Source: Macrostomum lignano
Lineage: Eukaryota
DNA: 64,000 nt
Assembly (NCBI GenBank): GCA_002269645.1
Contig: NIVC01001279.1
Location: 258,503-322,502 of the forward strand
Direction: 5' to 3'
In this document: one piece after another, positions 36,071-49,722 of the stretch
How positions within the stretch are numbered: position 1 is the stretch's first letter
How the letters are laid out: every line of letters starts with the position of its first letter
The notes under the pieces: generated by a model
Seen by the model: the letters and a program-made list of their open reading frames with translations, nothing else
Databases searched by the model: none
Told to the model about the DNA's origin: nothing
Made by a program: the position numbers and the translations under genes

Positions 36071-39000
36071 ATGACCGAGGACAAATCCAGACAGAGCCGT
36101 TCGGGCACTCTTCTGTCAGCATCGAATCAGTCAAGACAACAGCAGCAGCAGCAGCAGCCAAAGCTCCTATCACTCGGATTCGTTCACTTCACTGGCGGAA
36201 TTGACACCGGTTCGCGTCCGGTGGTCTGCTTCCCCCCGAGACAAATTATTCGAATGCATTTGAACAGCGTTGGGAGCCCCGAACTGGCCAGCATTGTCGA
36301 ATATCTGGTGTCCATTGCGCCTAGCGAAGTGTCGATGTCGACTGAGACCGGTTCAAATCGGCGGACTCATCGAGGACTGGCGTTTCTGGCCGACTTCAGA
36401 GCGTGCTCTCAGTCGATATTTCGGATTGTCATTGACGCCTTGGATAGTGTTCAGGTGCAGTTGGTTGCCTAATGGGCTTGGCTTGGCATATCTTTGAGTA
36501 GTGTCGGGTGGCATTTTCCATAATTTAGGGTCATGTTTTAGGGTATATTCTGTGGTTTTAGGTAGTTTAGTCTGAATTTTTTAGGTAGTTTAGGGTGATG
36601 TTTTAGGTAGTTTAGTCTGAATTTTTAAGGTAGTTTAGGGTGGAAGTTTTAGAGCGGTTCTGGGCGGAATTTTTTAGTAGTTTTGTTGGTGTTGATGGAT
36701 CTTTAGGGCGGTATTTTGGGTAGTTAAGTATGAAATTTTAGGCTAGTACTAGCAATATAGTGCCCCCCTTCGGGGCGCGCAATAAGCAAGGAGCAAAAAT
36801 TTTTGATGCAAATCTATTATAAAGCACATTTTCTTAAGAACCAATTCCTTCTTCAGTTTTATAAATCACCTTACTCGTGTAAAATTGTCATGGACAAAGA
36901 TGTTTGCTAAGAATACGAGCTATCTTTTTTTGTAAAAATAACAAAAATACAACAAAAAAGCCTTTACAAAGATAACACACACTTTTGTCTAAATAGAATG
37001 TTTCCCCCAGACCGCAAGCATCCCCCCAAATAGCAACCATTCGCCGATAGCAAGCACCCCTCTCCCATATCCCAAATAGTATGGGTGGAATTTTCGGGTA
37101 GGCTATGGTGGTATTTTTGAGTAGTTTGGTGGCATTTTCGGGTAGTTTAGGGTGATATTTTAGGTAGCTTTGGTGACATTTTCGGTATATTAAGGTGGTA
37201 CAAGTATTTTGGGTTATTTAGGGTAATGTTGTAAGGTAGTTAAAATCAATAACCTACCTTAAGGCGATGTTCTGGGAAAGTCAAGGGTGGCACACGTTTA
37301 GTTATAGCACATATCTGAATCAAAAATATTCAATCAAAGATCAACGTTGACGCTATGCGAAGCCTTCTGTACCGTCGTACTATAGACTGGAGGCAGTTAG
37401 AAGGCAAGATTGTCTTTTCTTGACAGAGCTGCTCAAAAATTTTTTCTGCGCGACTTTGTTTGTCAAATCAAAGTGTGACAAAAATTATTCACTCTTGGCC
37501 GTTCAATTTTCTCACTTCCTGTGTGCTTTTCTGAGTAAGCCAAACTTCATGACTTTGTACCTTGTCCAGACAGGTGGAGTTTAGCAATAAAAAATGACAA
37601 AAGGTATAGCCAAAACAAAAGCCAAATAGAGAAATATAGCTCTCCATACGGCAATCTTTAGTATAGATGGACTATCGTTGCAAGCTCACGTGGAATTTAT
37701 TTGGGGCTTTAAATTCATTTGTGTGCACTAAAATGGACCTGCGGCTTGTCGCGAGACCATGGTTGTGGGACGATGTTGATGTTTCATCAAATCAATTTCC
37801 TTTTGAAAATATTCTGCCACTCCCACTTCAACAGCTGAAGCGATAGTGAAATCACTTTTCTATTTTTACCATAAATTGCAGTCTCGTTCACCTGGCAGCG
37901 TCGCCGTGTTCTACGCTCTGCTGCCGAGAAGCAAGGAGCTCGCCAAGAGTCTTCAAAAGATGCTCGGTCTCTACCAGAAGAAGACTTTGCTGCCTAGTAG
38001 AAAGTCGGCACCAGATCCGAATGCCAAGTCGTTTCAGGTTTGTTAGCTCGTAAATCATACAGAGATCTTTGATGATACTTTGATAACTGGACAGCAAATT
38101 AATTCGATCAAAAACTTTTGAAAATTTTCAGAGCGTATTGTTGCCAAGCTCACAAGAACTTTATCAGTTTGTCAGCAAAGCCAACCTGATGCCGGACTTT
38201 GGCGGCACGTTAAACTATGATCACCAGGCCTGGATGAAGCTGAGAACTGTGAGGCATGATCTGCATAAATCCATTGCGTTTTTAATATTGATCAGGGGGG
38301 GGGGGTTGGGCGTCTCCTTGCCCTTTCCTCTTTGCAGTTCCCAAACGACAATATTTTTTTCTGGCGCCCTTGGTGCTAAAGCTCCTGGTTCTAAAGCTCC
38401 TGATGCTAAAGCCCGGGTGCTAAAGCTCCTGGTTCTAAAGCTCCTGGTGCTAAAGCCCGGGTGCTAAAGCTCCTGGTTCTAAAGCTCCTGGTGCTAAAGC
38501 CCGGGTGCTAAAGTCTCTGGTGCTAAATCTCCTGGTGCTAAAGCCCGGGTGCTAAAGCTCCTGGTTCTAAAGCTCCTGGTGTTAAAGCCCCTGATGCAAA
38601 AGTCCCTGGTGCTAAATCCCAGGTGCAAAAGCCCCTTGTGCTAAAGCCCCGGGTGCAAAAGCTCCTGGTGCTAAAGCCCCTGATGCTAAAGGCCCTTGTG
38701 CTAAAGCCCCTTGTGCTAAAGCCCCTGGTGCTAAAGCCCCGGGTGCTAAAGCCCCGGGTGCTAAAGCTCCTGGTGCTAAAGCCCCTGATGCTAAAGGCCC
38801 TTGTGCTAAAGCCCCTGATGCTAAAGCCCCTGGTGCTAAAGCCTTCTAAGACGCCCCTAAATTAGGAATCCTGATTATACGCCTCAGATGCTACTTCAGT
38901 AACTGCACGAAAATTAAGCTGACACATTACAAGTTTTCTAATAGACGCAGATGCCTCATTATGTAGTTTCTTACAAGCTGTTAACAATTTTATTGCATAT

Positions 39001-42000
39001 GTCCTAACTACAACGAGAAGCAGTACTACAGCTTTTCACTAGCTACTCTCAGTATAGAAAATGTCTATATTTAAACAGGCGTGCGTCATGCAAGTGAAGC
39101 AAGTGCAATATTATATAGCTACTGAATTTCTAATGCCCAGCCTGAAGAAATATCGTTCTGTAGAAACTTTTCAGCTGTTGGAGGCCAGACTTTAGTTGGC
39201 TTCTACGAGACATTTTCCCTTCCTCTCGTGGGGTTTAAAGTGAGAACTATTTCTGTGCAGAGTGAGTCAAGTAGGAAGTCCCAAGTGCATGGTTTTATTA
39301 GTAAAACTGAAAGCCTGTCAAAATTTACAGTTTAACCGACGAGGGCTGGGTAGGTTCTGGCACTCTATTCAAACAAAACCAACTCGCAAAGTCAACGACT
39401 GACTCTATGAGTTCTGGGATATTTCCTGCTTCTTCCCATATCTAAAGTCTAAGTCAATATCGCATGTATGTGTTTAAGTACTGCACTGGGACCTGAAGTG
39501 AATTCCATGAAAAAGTAGGTCTAGCTATATATCCGAAAAGTCTTTTTTCTGCTTGAAGTGCATCTAGCAGACACAAGAAAGCAAGTGAATGACCCTGGAA
39601 GTGAATCGCACAAAAAGCAGCTCAAATCCTCGCAGCAGTGCCCAAAACTTTTCTAACCAACCAATTAATGCAACGTCCAAAGCTATTTGATAACCTCCGG
39701 GATCCGTTGAAAAATGGATTTGAGCTGTGACCCCCTCATTGCTGACATATGTTGGTACGCATTCACTTTTCACTTCTAATTCATTACTCGCAGCAATTCG
39801 ACACTCTGCTAGCCGAGGTGGCCGACATCGCGGACCGGGCCCCGGCAGCTCTGGACAGTCTGGCCAGATTGAAAGACAATCAGTCGGAGAATGGCGGCGA
39901 GGCCGGCGAGGCCTCGCTACAAGAGTCTGCGCACGGCATGCAGGACCAATTCCAGCGGGTCACGGCGTCGCTCGGCTTGGAAGCAACTTCGGAGAGAGTG
40001 GCTCAGCTACTGGCAGCCTGCAAGGAGCCAGCGAATCACCCGGAGACGAGAGCTCTCGCTGGGAACAGTTTGCTTCGGCCGTATATCGAACGGCTGGAAA
40101 GATTACAGGCTAGACTCGACGAACTGCGCCAGCTGTTGCAGGATAAGTGGAAGCAGGCTGAAACCGGCTTGTTGGTTGATGGTCGATTGGGAGACTACAG
40201 AAGGTCCGTCCTCGAGCTGGGCGACTGGCTGGATCGATGGAGCAAGGAGGTGGCCAAGAGAGTGGACACTCGTTCAATTGCAAATCAACAAATGGCCGAG
40301 GATGCCAGAGAGAAAATGCGGATACAGGTAACGTTATCTATCTGGCCTAATGCGTCTCTTAAAGCTGTTTTAGCTAATGATAATATTACTCATTGTGGCG
40401 GCCAGACTCCGCGACCGGCAGCACCAGTGCAGCCGCACTGGAAACCCCCCCCCCAACCTCTGTCTAGCTGAGGTGGGGTGGCGGCGCACCGCGCTAGCCG
40501 GCTCGCTAAGCCAGGGGGGTTGGCGTAGCCAATCACGCCACGCCACATGTGCGCACCTCCCTTGGCCCAATAATCTCGCGCTGTTTTCACTTGTATAAAT
40601 ATACGCGCAATGCAGTGCAAAATCTTCGCTGCCATTCCATCTATTGAAACAAAAGGCCTTCCGCCTCATCATCAATATTAATTAAATCAAGAATTTCCTT
40701 GCATCTATGCTACCTGTTTCTCTGCGCATGTTCCAACCACACATGGACAACTACATGTAGCTTTTGACCTTTTTACATGTACAGTCATTGTGCTAGTTTC
40801 TTAAGGACAATGATGTCTTTAGCCCTGAAAGACCTAGCCTAAGATATCAGCACCCCCTGTGAGCTTTGGTATTGAAGCTATGGCTTAACTATAACTCTTT
40901 CTTTGATGCTTGGGCTACCAAAAGCTCCTAATTGACCCTTGGCAACTCAGCAATTTCCAGCAAGCATGAGCCTTGACAGATTGATTTCGAATTTGTGTCT
41001 ACGAGATCGCATTATTCGGTTACTTAAAATTGTCAGTTGTTTTATTCGCTCACAACGCAATGTTCCCCCGTTCCAAAAAACGATTCTCTTTTATCTACAT
41101 GCACATCTATGCCCTGTTGATATCGTTGCCACAGGTGCTGGAACCGTCTGCCTCTAAACTTGCCGAATGCCGCACTCTGACTGGCAGACTTCGCCGACTG
41201 TTGGCAGCACTACCGCCCAGCGGGGTCGGCGGCGAGCCGCACGAAGCGGCGCAACTTGCCGACGAATTGGAAGCCAAACTGAAGAATTTCAACGAGCGGA
41301 TAAAATTGGCTAGCGAACAGCTGATCAGGATTTGCGCCTTCTTCGGCGGCTGCGCAGAGGTAAGGCGCTGTGTAGACATCGGACTTATATTTGCTTAGAG
41401 CACCTCGCCTCCACTGCGTGCGTCACCACGCTTCCTCGCCTCCACTGCATACGTTAAATAGAGAAATGTCAATGATGCTTGTAGAGCAATTCGACGTTCC
41501 CGGTGTCTATTGACGTCGATGACAAATATGTACTTTTATATTGCACCGACGTTCAGCCGACATATGACGTCATCACCCATCGATTTAATATGCAATTTTA
41601 AATTACACCGACGTTTACTTGAAGTATGACGTCGTTATACGTCGCTGTAGAACAGAAGCACAGACGCAACGCGCTGTAAAAAATACGTATACTTTTACAT
41701 TACACCGACGTCTATCGACGTCTCTGAAAAAGTATGTACTTTTAAATTTACATCGACGGATAGCTATACGTCGTCACCAACGTCGGATTGCTTTACGGGT
41801 CAGACGCTAGCCAGTGGCATGTTTTATTCTCTACTTTGGTTGATGTGGCTAGCCCCAGGCTTCCAGGCTTCCAGTTTCTACAACTTGTTTCAATATAATT
41901 ACGATTCAAATTCAAAAGCTTTGAAAGCGAGCTAAAAAACTCGAGAAATAAAATTCGCAATCAATTCCAGATGCTGAAATGGTACCGTCGCTGCATGCGT

Positions 42001-43988
42001 AAGCTGCCTCTGGATCTGCTGCGGCCAGCGAGTCACAGCCGTTTGCAAGCAAGCGATTCGCTACCAATAGCCAGCAAATGGCCTCCAGTAGCGAAAGCCT
42101 TTCTAAAGCAGCATCCATGCCCGACCAGTGCGCAAGTTGACGACATTACGGAGTCCATGGCACTGATTGACAATTCCGAGATTCGTCAGGAAGCTCAGCT
42201 GCTATTGTACAGGTGCGGAGATTTCTAGAGCAGCAGATAGCGCTGTTAAGAAGCAGTAATAACAATCAAAGCAGGCTGAGGAACCTACTTCGATGGTGTT
42301 TAGTTTAGTGTATGACTGTGAAGGTACCTGTTTTTGGGTACTTTTTGGGTACTTTTTGGGTCAAATGGGTACTAATATTAGCTGGGGGTAATTGAGGGTG
42401 TGTGGCGACCCCCCGGTCCTTAGAATGAACAACCGTAAGCAGCCTTCAGATGCGCCGCACAATAGCTGCGGCCGAGCTGTCGGTCGCACATATCCCGAAT
42501 AGAATCATAGGAGAACCAGTTTTTTTTATTCCCTTACAAAAACTTATACTATGCCCGTGCATGAATCCAACCCACAGAACCAACCTGCTGCGAAAACTTC
42601 TCTCAGTTGATCAAACAAAAAGCAATGAGGCTATCAGCGTCGGAGAATATCGCGAGCTACTCGATAGTCGCGAACGTCAAGCGGAACCCGATGGAGATCC
42701 GGCGTTCGCGGCCCTGGAGCCCAGCCAGAGCCTGGCCGGGTCCAGCGACGAAGAAGAGTTTGAAGCGTCCCCGGCAGTGCCCCTGAAAGCTGCCGGCAGC
42801 AGTTTTCAGTTTCCACCGGAACGAGAGCAACTGTCAGACCGCGATCAGCTTCAACGCGGTGGAGGCGGCGGCCGCTTCCGACGCCGGACAGATCGCTCGA
42901 TGGCCTCGAGCAGTCGGAGCGGGACGGAAATCATTGAGGTCATACCGCAGCCGATTGTCATCAATCATAGACTGATGATGTCTCGACCACCGGCTCGCGG
43001 CGTCGACCCATTCGACGAGGACGGGCGTCCACCTGCTAGGAAAGAGGCGGCCGAAGATGCAATCTCGAGACAGGCAGTCACTACACTCGAATCGCTACCC
43101 AAAGAGGAGACTGTCCGGCGATACCTTGAGAACATGGTCACCCCACCGCCGCCTCTGACAGCCACCACCGAAGATTCGCTAGGCAGCGGTTCTCGTACAG
43201 GTCGGTCACTTTCAAATCTGGTCGGCGAGCTAAGAGAGCTCAAAGACGCTCTGTTCTACGGCGGCAATCGGGGCTCGGCAGAGCGCCGAGGAAGGCGCGC
43301 CCCTCAGCAGCATCGGCAACCGCAGCAGAAACAACAGCGTCTGCCGGCGGCAATGTCAGGAGAGCTGCTCCGCAGTCGGTCAGAGCAGAATCTCGCGAGC
43401 CAGCCCGTCGGCGGTGCGGGTCACACTGCCGGCGATCCAATGGGTCGGAGGCAGCACCAGCTGTTGCTTCTTCAGCTAGACGAACCGCCAGCTAGACGCG
43501 GCGTTGCCTATCCAGTTGAATTGGTTGACATAGAAAAAATCATTGACGATATTCATGACATCGCGTCGGATCGGTATCGCAAGCCGGAAAATCAGCATTC
43601 GAAGCAGAGCCTGCATGCAAGCCGACATCGTTTGATCAGCGCCGAGACTGCAGGAGCTAGTAGTTATTCTATGTCCAGAATGAGCGACATCGACCCCGTG
43701 ACAGGAGACTATTCGCTAGACAATCTGGTCGACGAGGAAGAGTTCACTAGGGAGCTGCGCCCATCGCGTCACTCGGACAACTTCCTGTTGCTGGGTTCGC
43801 CGGACGGTCGCCCCACTGCCGGGCGATCGAACAGCCCTCGATCGGTGCTGCTGATGTCTCCTCCGCCTCCGCCGTCGATACCGGAGGAGGCGGGCGGGGC
43901 TGCCGAAGCAGCCGCAGCAGCTGAACTGTCGCGCTGGCGTCGCAGAGATAATCGAGTTTGGCTGCACAACACGTATAAAAATTTCTGA
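36071..43988 (+). CDS. SEC14/CRAL-TRIO plus spectrin-repeat protein (SESTD1/Solo or Trio-kalirin-MCF2L N-terminus type), ~1022 aa; exons 36071-36454, 37882-38037, 38132-38248, 39794-40327, 41135-41359, 41971-42212, 42578-43988
   Basis: Family motifs FTGGIDTGSRPVVCFP and LMPDFGGTLNYDHQAWMKLR, then helical spectrin-like exons with conserved Trp (LGDWLD, LKWY). All six introns are GT-AG and phase-compatible. Extra upstream exons are possible. Confidence 0.85.
38370..38845. repeat. 15-bp tandem array (CTGGTGCTAAAGCCC), intron 3 of the SEC14-spectrin gene
   Basis: Read directly. Confidence 0.95.
40394..40668 (+). mobile_element. Solo LTR (275 bp) of the family at 55195-56907
   Basis: TGTGGCGGCC...CCGCCTCA with 4-bp TSD TCAT on both sides. 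Aligns to both LTRs at 55195 and 56631 with scattered substitutions. Confidence 0.93.
41477..41800. mobile_element. Probable MITE with imperfect TIRs and internal CGACGT repeats (intron 5)
   Basis: GTAGAGCAATTCGACGTT (41481) versus the reverse complement of the right end GTAAAGCAATCCGACGTT: 16/18 match. Internal TACTTTTA..TT.CACCGACGT motif repeated. No clear TSD. Confidence 0.55.
42363..42496 (+). mobile_element. 5'-truncated copy of the CORE-like SINE (intron 6)
   Basis: ATTAGCTGGGGGTAATTGAGGGTGTG..GCGACCCCC..GTCCTT..GCAGCCTTCAGATGCGCCGC..GAGCTGTCGGTCGCACAT matches the 3' half of the 9870 and 60767 copies. Confidence 0.88.
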
Positions 43989-44409
43989 TTTACATGTCCT
44001 GTACCAGCGTATGGCTGCATGTGTGAGATTTGGGAAGATTCTTCTTGAACCGGTTTGTTTGATGTTTTATTTATTTCTTTCAATTCTACTATAATTCTAA
44101 GTTTTTTCATGTGACGTGTACATTTTACCTCAATGCTGCATGTACGGTTACGTGTAAATCTGTAAATCTATCGTAAAATTAATTACCTGTAGACATTCGC
44201 GATCATGAAAATGCAGAAAATATTATACTCGTAATCCTCGAGTAACTGTTGTACTTTTTAACCAACAAAAGAGTTATAAATTAAGGAGAAATATAATTAG
44301 TTATCTATACTGACGCCACGTACAAGGTTTGCTCAAAAGTAGCTGATATAGAAATTACTATCTTGCTTCTTTCCAGAAGCTGTTGTTAATCTCGTTGAGC
44401 ATTAATGCT

Positions 44410-44760
44410 TTTCCTTTGTTCGACCGCTTTGATGACAGCTTTGAGGCGTCACCCATTCCACCAATCCTTGAAGGGCCTGCGTGGAGCGTAAGAATACTTA
44501 GAAGACTACTTATTACCTGGAGGGCTTACGGTTGCTTAGGTCTAATTCTTTGATGATCACGGACAGGGAGGTCCTCGGGTCCTTCCTGTGGCGCTCTGTT
44601 GGGATGTCACGTAAGTAATGCTTAATTAGGCTCGCCTGGATCCGGGGGTGGATGTTCTTAGATTAACCCCTAGACTGCGCTGATGAGTTCATGCCATAGA
44701 CACAGTTTGCGGCTTGGCCTGCCCTGCAGTCTTGGGGTTAAAGACCTGATCAATTTGTCG
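44410..44760 (-). pseudogene. Possible degenerate non-LTR retrotransposon 3' fragment
   Basis: Broken frame KNIHPRIQASLIKHYLRDIPTERHRKDPRTSLSVIIKELDL loosely resembles the post-RT region of LINEs. Weak. Confidence 0.3.
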
Positions 44761-46306
44761 GCTCGAACTCAAGATTATGAAGCCAAATCTTCAACGATAC
44801 AGTTTGGCAAATGCAAGTTACATTTCTTGGACTTTTCCTATCTATAAATACACTAGAATTGGCAAAAAATCGCTTTGAATAGCTCCGAAACTAGTTCGAT
44901 ACAGTAGAGACATGGTTCTCTCTATGACATCGACAATTAGCGCTCCATTGACTTTGTCGTAAAATTGTGATTGAATGCTAATGCAAATTAAGTAATTTTA
45001 ATTCAGTTCACTTAATTGAAATAACTTGATTTCAACGTAAACGTTTTTCTTGTTTGTCTTGTATTTTGTGGCCGCTTTAGAGGCTTGTCATGGAGGATTC
45101 ATCATTGGGCGGGGATGTGGTGGGGAACAGTGGAGGGGTATGGGGACAAAAAATTAATGAGCTATCTTAGATAGTGCTAGATTTTCCGCGGGTGATTTAA
45201 TAGATTGCTTGCTTCTTCCCGTGGCCCCAAACTGTACATGTACATTTAGAGCTCAGCATTAAATCAGCATACATGTAGTTCTCTGAAAACAAAGAATTAT
45301 GGAGCGTATTTTTCTACCCTTGACGATCTTTACACATAGCTCCACAAGCTCAATAGAGTTCCTGTGCGAATGGCAATGACTTCAAATGCTAAATTTTTTT
45401 TGCTTGGGTGTGCGAGACAATTCGTCTGATAAATTAGATGCGCACTCCAAAACAGGCAGAGCCATTTTTAGGATCAGTGTACCAGTGAAAGAATACATGT
45501 ATCTCAATCCTAGTATTGAGTGTCAATGGTCGTATATGTGTAGCCATAAAGTATTGAACATTCCCGGACTTTCTGATCAAGCGCCTTTAATTTTATACAG
45601 AACGCGACACATGGTATTAGTACAATTTTTTAGGGCGGGGTGGAATTTTATTTAGGCATATGAGGGCAATTAAATCCGTCTAGTCTATTTTTCTATTTCT
45701 GCTGAAAGAAGCACTAGCCTAGTCTCTCTCAGCCCACGAGAATAGAGCAGAAAATGAACATAACAGAACGGAACAGAACAGAACTCTTTTACGATAAAGA
45801 ATAAACACCAACAGCGAAAAAAGTCAAGTTGAAAACTCACTGACAATAATTTATTGTTCGTATATAAACTTTTGCCATATAATACTGAATTAAACTTTTA
45901 GTTTTTGTTTCACTGTTAAAAAGCGCGCATTTACAATTTAAACGCGTGAAAGAATAGTTTTCGTGCAAACTACACTAATAGAATAGAATATAACTTACAT
46001 GTCTGTATAATCTTTTGTAAGTAACTGTAATCATGATTAAATAGCTAGTCTTTAACTTTAGTGTCTTTCGATTCGAATGAATTAGTTTACAACCATATAT
46101 TATATTGCTTTTCAATATTGTCACATTTAGGTTTGCATTGGATTGGTGTGACTGTGATGTGATTTCATTTATAAAAATTTTCAAAACAACAGGCAACAGT
46201 TGGTTTCATTTTATGTCACAAACTGGGTGCTTTTCACTAGATTTATAGCCTAAAACTCTGGACCTGTATTTAAAAAATCTCTTAGTTCACTCTTGCAATT
46301 TGCTCG

Positions 46307-48182
46307 TACAGTTGCATCTGCACCACTATCCTGATATAGGGCCTATTTAATTAATTGCTTTTGTTTTCAATGGACTAATTAATTTAAGTGCTTTTAATTA
46401 CTTTGAATTGTCATCAATAAAAATGGTATGTTTTACTATTATCTAAATATACTATATATATAATGTATTCAGTGTAAGGATACTCTAGCCCAGGTCCTAT
46501 TGGCAGTATTGCATAGACATTTTTATGCATCATCATGAAATTATTATTTTTGAAAGTATGGGCAATACCTAGCTGACCTAGCCAATATGACTAGTAGATA
46601 AAGTAGCCAATAGCCAATAGGTATATAACAAAACTGGTCAAAAAGGCATTTAAACTATTAAGGGACAAGTCAAAAACTTAAGTTTATAAGACAAAAAAAT
46701 ATAGAAATAAGAAAACTTACCTAAGTGATTGAAAAACATAAATATAAAGATAAGATTAGCATTAAATAGCTTAAGCCAAAGAGGGAAAATATTCAAATTT
46801 TATGTAAAGCATAGCTATGTTCTAAAAAGGCTCTCTAGATACATGTATGACATTGTATTTTCATAGAAAACTACATCATACTAGTTAGGTAAAACTCAGG
46901 TTATAGTTACAGAAGCAAAAACTAAGAAATCTAAAAAATCCAAAACCCTTGTTAGGCCTATAAGGATTTTTTTGAAATTATCCTATGGTTATTAACAACT
47001 AGATAGTTGCCTTTGCATTTGGGTAAAATATTACTTTTGAAGTTCTGTTTGTTGTATATATATGCTAGCTTTAATTTTTTAATGTATTTATTGTTGCTAT
47101 CTATAGTTCAAAGATCATGTGGTATTTAGTTAGGCTCAAAATGCATATACACATGTCTTTAGGCCCTAGTCATTATTTTTTATACTAAGAAAAATACCAG
47201 AACTAGAAATTCTGTGTATACTTAATTTACATGGCTGAATATTACTGTTTATTGTATCGCTTTAATAAACCCTTAAAAAGGTTTTAGTCTAAGTGATAAT
47301 TTATATCTAATCAAAATTATGACTATTGACTTGACTTCACTGATAAAAACACAAAATTCATCAATAATATATATGGGCCCTGATGAAAAAAAACTTATTC
47401 AGTATTAATAAGACAAGATTTATTTTTATATAGTTTTAGATTTGGTTTTTTACTTATTTTGTTTTTTTAGTTATATTTGTAGTTTCTCTAGGCCCTTTGC
47501 ATGGGAAATAAAAATATAAATCTTGACTTTATTTCTTATACGACCCTAATAACTTAATGTGCATAAGGAATAAAAATTCTATATTGCTTGAGTCCCTAGG
47601 TCTATTCTTAGGACTTATTAAGAGTTCCCCCTTTAAAAGCATTAAAACTAATATTCATTTTTTATTATTCTACACCTTTCTAACCATTAATCAAGGGTCT
47701 CCAATGATCTTTTAAATCTTTTCAGGTCCTAAATAGCTAATATTACTAGATATTTTAGGAACTATATATGAGAAATATGTATTCCTATAACTATATATGT
47801 ATATTTTATCTAAAAACCCTTATGTCCATAAATTCCCATGACCATATTTGTAACTATGGTAGAACTCTATTTTATTTCTATTAAAATGCAATGCTTATAT
47901 TTTCTTACCTTTAAGCCCTTGTAACTAAGACTTAAGATTTTACCATTTTGAAGATTTATAGGGCTATTCAATAGTATTTTGTTACTTTTTTTACTTTGGC
48001 AAATGAAGCTGATTACTTTATAAAAAAACAATCAATAAGGAAAAAGTTGTTTAATTTCATGAAAATTTATATGTAAACTTTACATGTAACTGCTTGTTAC
48101 TTACAGTAGAGTGTTAAGTATTTTCTGGATGACAATTCACTCTGTATATTGTTGACTTTTCCAGTTTTGGATAAAATTTAAG
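46307..48182. other. AT-rich segment almost devoid of CpG
   Basis: Only two CG dinucleotides seen (47258, 47541) in 1876 bp. Confidence 0.85.
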
Positions 48183-49722
48183 CGTGCATATAGCAAATGC
48201 TCAAATGAGATAGAGATATGATTCTTTTTGTGCTAGACACTGACTAGCCAAATATAACTATTTGTTGAAAATCAAGTCTCAGTGTACTGATACAGCTTGG
48301 GAAATCTAGATTTTTTCCTGATTTCCTCTGTCCTACATGTACTCATATTTTTCTAGAATTCTTTCAGAACTTTAAGACATACTCATAAACCAGAAATTTG
48401 ACAAAACAGGAAATTGTTTTAGCAATCTTCTTAATGTCAATCGCCTACTGTCAGTAGCATTTTTAGAAACATTATTGGTCGCGAATTTTTTTCGATAATA
48501 TGTTTTTTTAGACACAAAAGATGTTTGAGTCCTAAAAATTGTTCGGCAGATAAAAATTTAGACAAAAGAACAGGAAATTATTAATAATAGACACCTTAAA
48601 TAATAAAAAAACGTGCTTTTAAACACAGTGTACTCCACTATCCGCCCTTTTGATAATAAGTAGTACAGTAAAAATTCTGAAAAACTCGGCGTCGAGGTTC
48701 GATGTTCTGGCGCCCAGCGCCATATGTTGGACCGCGGGCGCCAGTGCTCCACTGGGATATTATGTAGATACTGTACCTGAACTGCCCCTGTTCTGCTCAT
48801 ATAAGTGCTTTAAGTGCTCATATACAATTTCCACCCCATTGCCACAGGTCCATATATTGTGCATTGGCTCTTGGACTTGAACTAGCTAGAGAACGCTTTT
48901 TGCCCTTTTCTAGTGGCTGGATTAACTGTTGACTTTTCTGCATCTTTCAATTTTTCGTCTTTCATCCTGACTCTTTGACTGATCGAATCATTCTGGCTTA
49001 CATTTTGACGTCGTTTAGGATCACTTGGAGGAGGCTTTATTTAACCCGGAGCTGTAGCTAACTCAAATTTCATGCGAATTTACTCGCTCAGCTATATGCT
49101 ACTCTGCAATTTCGCATTGAGTTCGCTTTTGTTTGTTCTAGCCCTCATCGTATTTCCAGCTTGTAGTTTTTTATCTATTATCTCATTTAGATAGGTGGAT
49201 TTTTGACTTGCTGATGGCATTGGCATCTCACGTGACTATTGTTTCTCAGCCGCTTACTGCAGCCTATTATTGGCTTATAGTTACTTGTTATTACTTTCAT
49301 TCAATAGCTTGATTTGTGAAACGTTCTGCTATAGTTTAGGCATGCAAATGTCTAAAAAAATGCTAGAACACGAATTTGCTCTTGATTTGTCATGCAAACG
49401 GTTATCGTTGACACTGTCGTCATTCTTTAGGCATTTGTCAATCTGCTTTATATTCTGCAGTCTGTAATTTGAATCAGGGCATTATACCACGTGAAAGTAT
49501 TTGGATTTCTGGATATAGTACAAAGCTGTTGCAACTTCCGAGATATTTTTACTTTATAATGCATATACAAAGTAGTAACATGCAAAGCAACGTTTTTAGT
49601 AAAGTTGTGACGAGAATTGGTATTTACGCTTACGCTTAAAGCAACTCATCGTCAATTTAGTATTCATCAGCTGAGTATAAATGTATTAACGGTTATTCAA
49701 AAGTACGATCTATCGGCATAAC

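Noticed and set aside
38129-38137. CAGAGCGTA as a footprint variant
   Set aside because: It is the splice acceptor and first codons of exon 3 of the SEC14-spectrin gene.
42450-42577. N-terminus of the 512-aa ORF 42450..43988
   Set aside because: Starts within a SINE fragment in intron 6. The phase-compatible acceptor places the exon start at 42578.
44679-44720. CTGATGAG as a hammerhead core
   Set aside because: No stem II or GAAA follows.
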